A stretch of DNA of 24,156 nt from Candidatus Hodarchaeaceae archaeon. Lineage in GTDB: Archaea; Hadarchaeota; Hadarchaeia; Hadarchaeales; Hadarchaeaceae. The stretch covers positions 1 to 24,156 of the forward strand of contig JASEGJ010000016.1 of the NCBI GenBank assembly GCA_030018135.1. Reading direction: 5' to 3'. This document shows, in pieces, positions 24,073-24,156 of the stretch. Position 1 is the stretch's first letter; each line of letters begins with the position of its first letter. The notes under the pieces are model-generated. The model had not been told where the DNA came from and did no database searches. It saw nothing but the letters and a program-made list of their open reading frames with translations. The position numbers and the translations under genes were made by a program.

Positions 24073-24156
24073 ACTCTCCTTTTATTCTCTCCATTATCTT
24101 CCCTACAAAAGAAAGTACTTGCAGTTCTTCGGGAGATGCATTCTTCAATGTTTCAG
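24011..24156 (-). CDS. C-terminal end of a gene entering from the right edge, YwgA/DUF4065 (Panacea/SocA)-like
   Basis: Manual translation ETLKNASPEELQVLSFVGKIMERIKGEFNDMPLSFLISEVYAKYPIG*. The 'FNxMPLxxLxxxVYxxYP' ending resembles this family as I remember it. Confidence 0.45.
   Translation of the reverse strand, partial: ETLKNASPEELQVLSFVGKIMERIKGEFNDMPLSFLISEVYAKYPIG

Noticed and set aside
1-24156. CRISPR array, tandem repeats or IS element
   Set aside because: No regularly spaced direct repeats, transposase motifs or terminal inverted repeats were seen by eye; short or degenerate repeats could have been missed.

Overview
Gene-dense, GC-rich archaeal chromosomal segment. Class I LysRS, fused helicase-nuclease Hef, archaeal SRP RNA and BHB-type tRNA introns point to a euryarchaeal-type lineage; Hadarchaeota is a guess. 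Housekeeping genes: MarC (partial), TtuA/NcsA with a SAMP/ThiS sulfur carrier, site-2 protease, CutA, flavin reductase, a pol-beta-type nucleotidyltransferase, LysRS, an aspartate aminotransferase-type enzyme, Hef, XPD, an EMC6-like protein, Rqc2/NEMF, NfeD, stomatin, ProC, LarB and Sua5. The most interesting content is non-coding and absent from the ORF track. (1) tRNA-Ser(GCT) and tRNA-Thr(GGT) each carry a 22-nt intron at a non-canonical position (28/29 and 22/23), with identical architecture (A + 15-nt hairpin + 4-nt exon-pairing segment + AA) but unrelated sequence. (2) An AT-rich, free-standing, split LAGLIDADG endonuclease gene lies between the intron-containing tRNA-Ser and the SRP RNA gene. 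(3) A ~170-nt structured RNA at ~18997-19170 resembles HgcC and appears to carry an extra branched domain. Also noted: nfeD and stomatin lie tail-to-tail, two reading frames appear to lack canonical start codons (ACG, ATC/ATT), several small accessory genes are decayed, and an AT-rich island begins at the right edge. All calls are by eye; no database searches were run.
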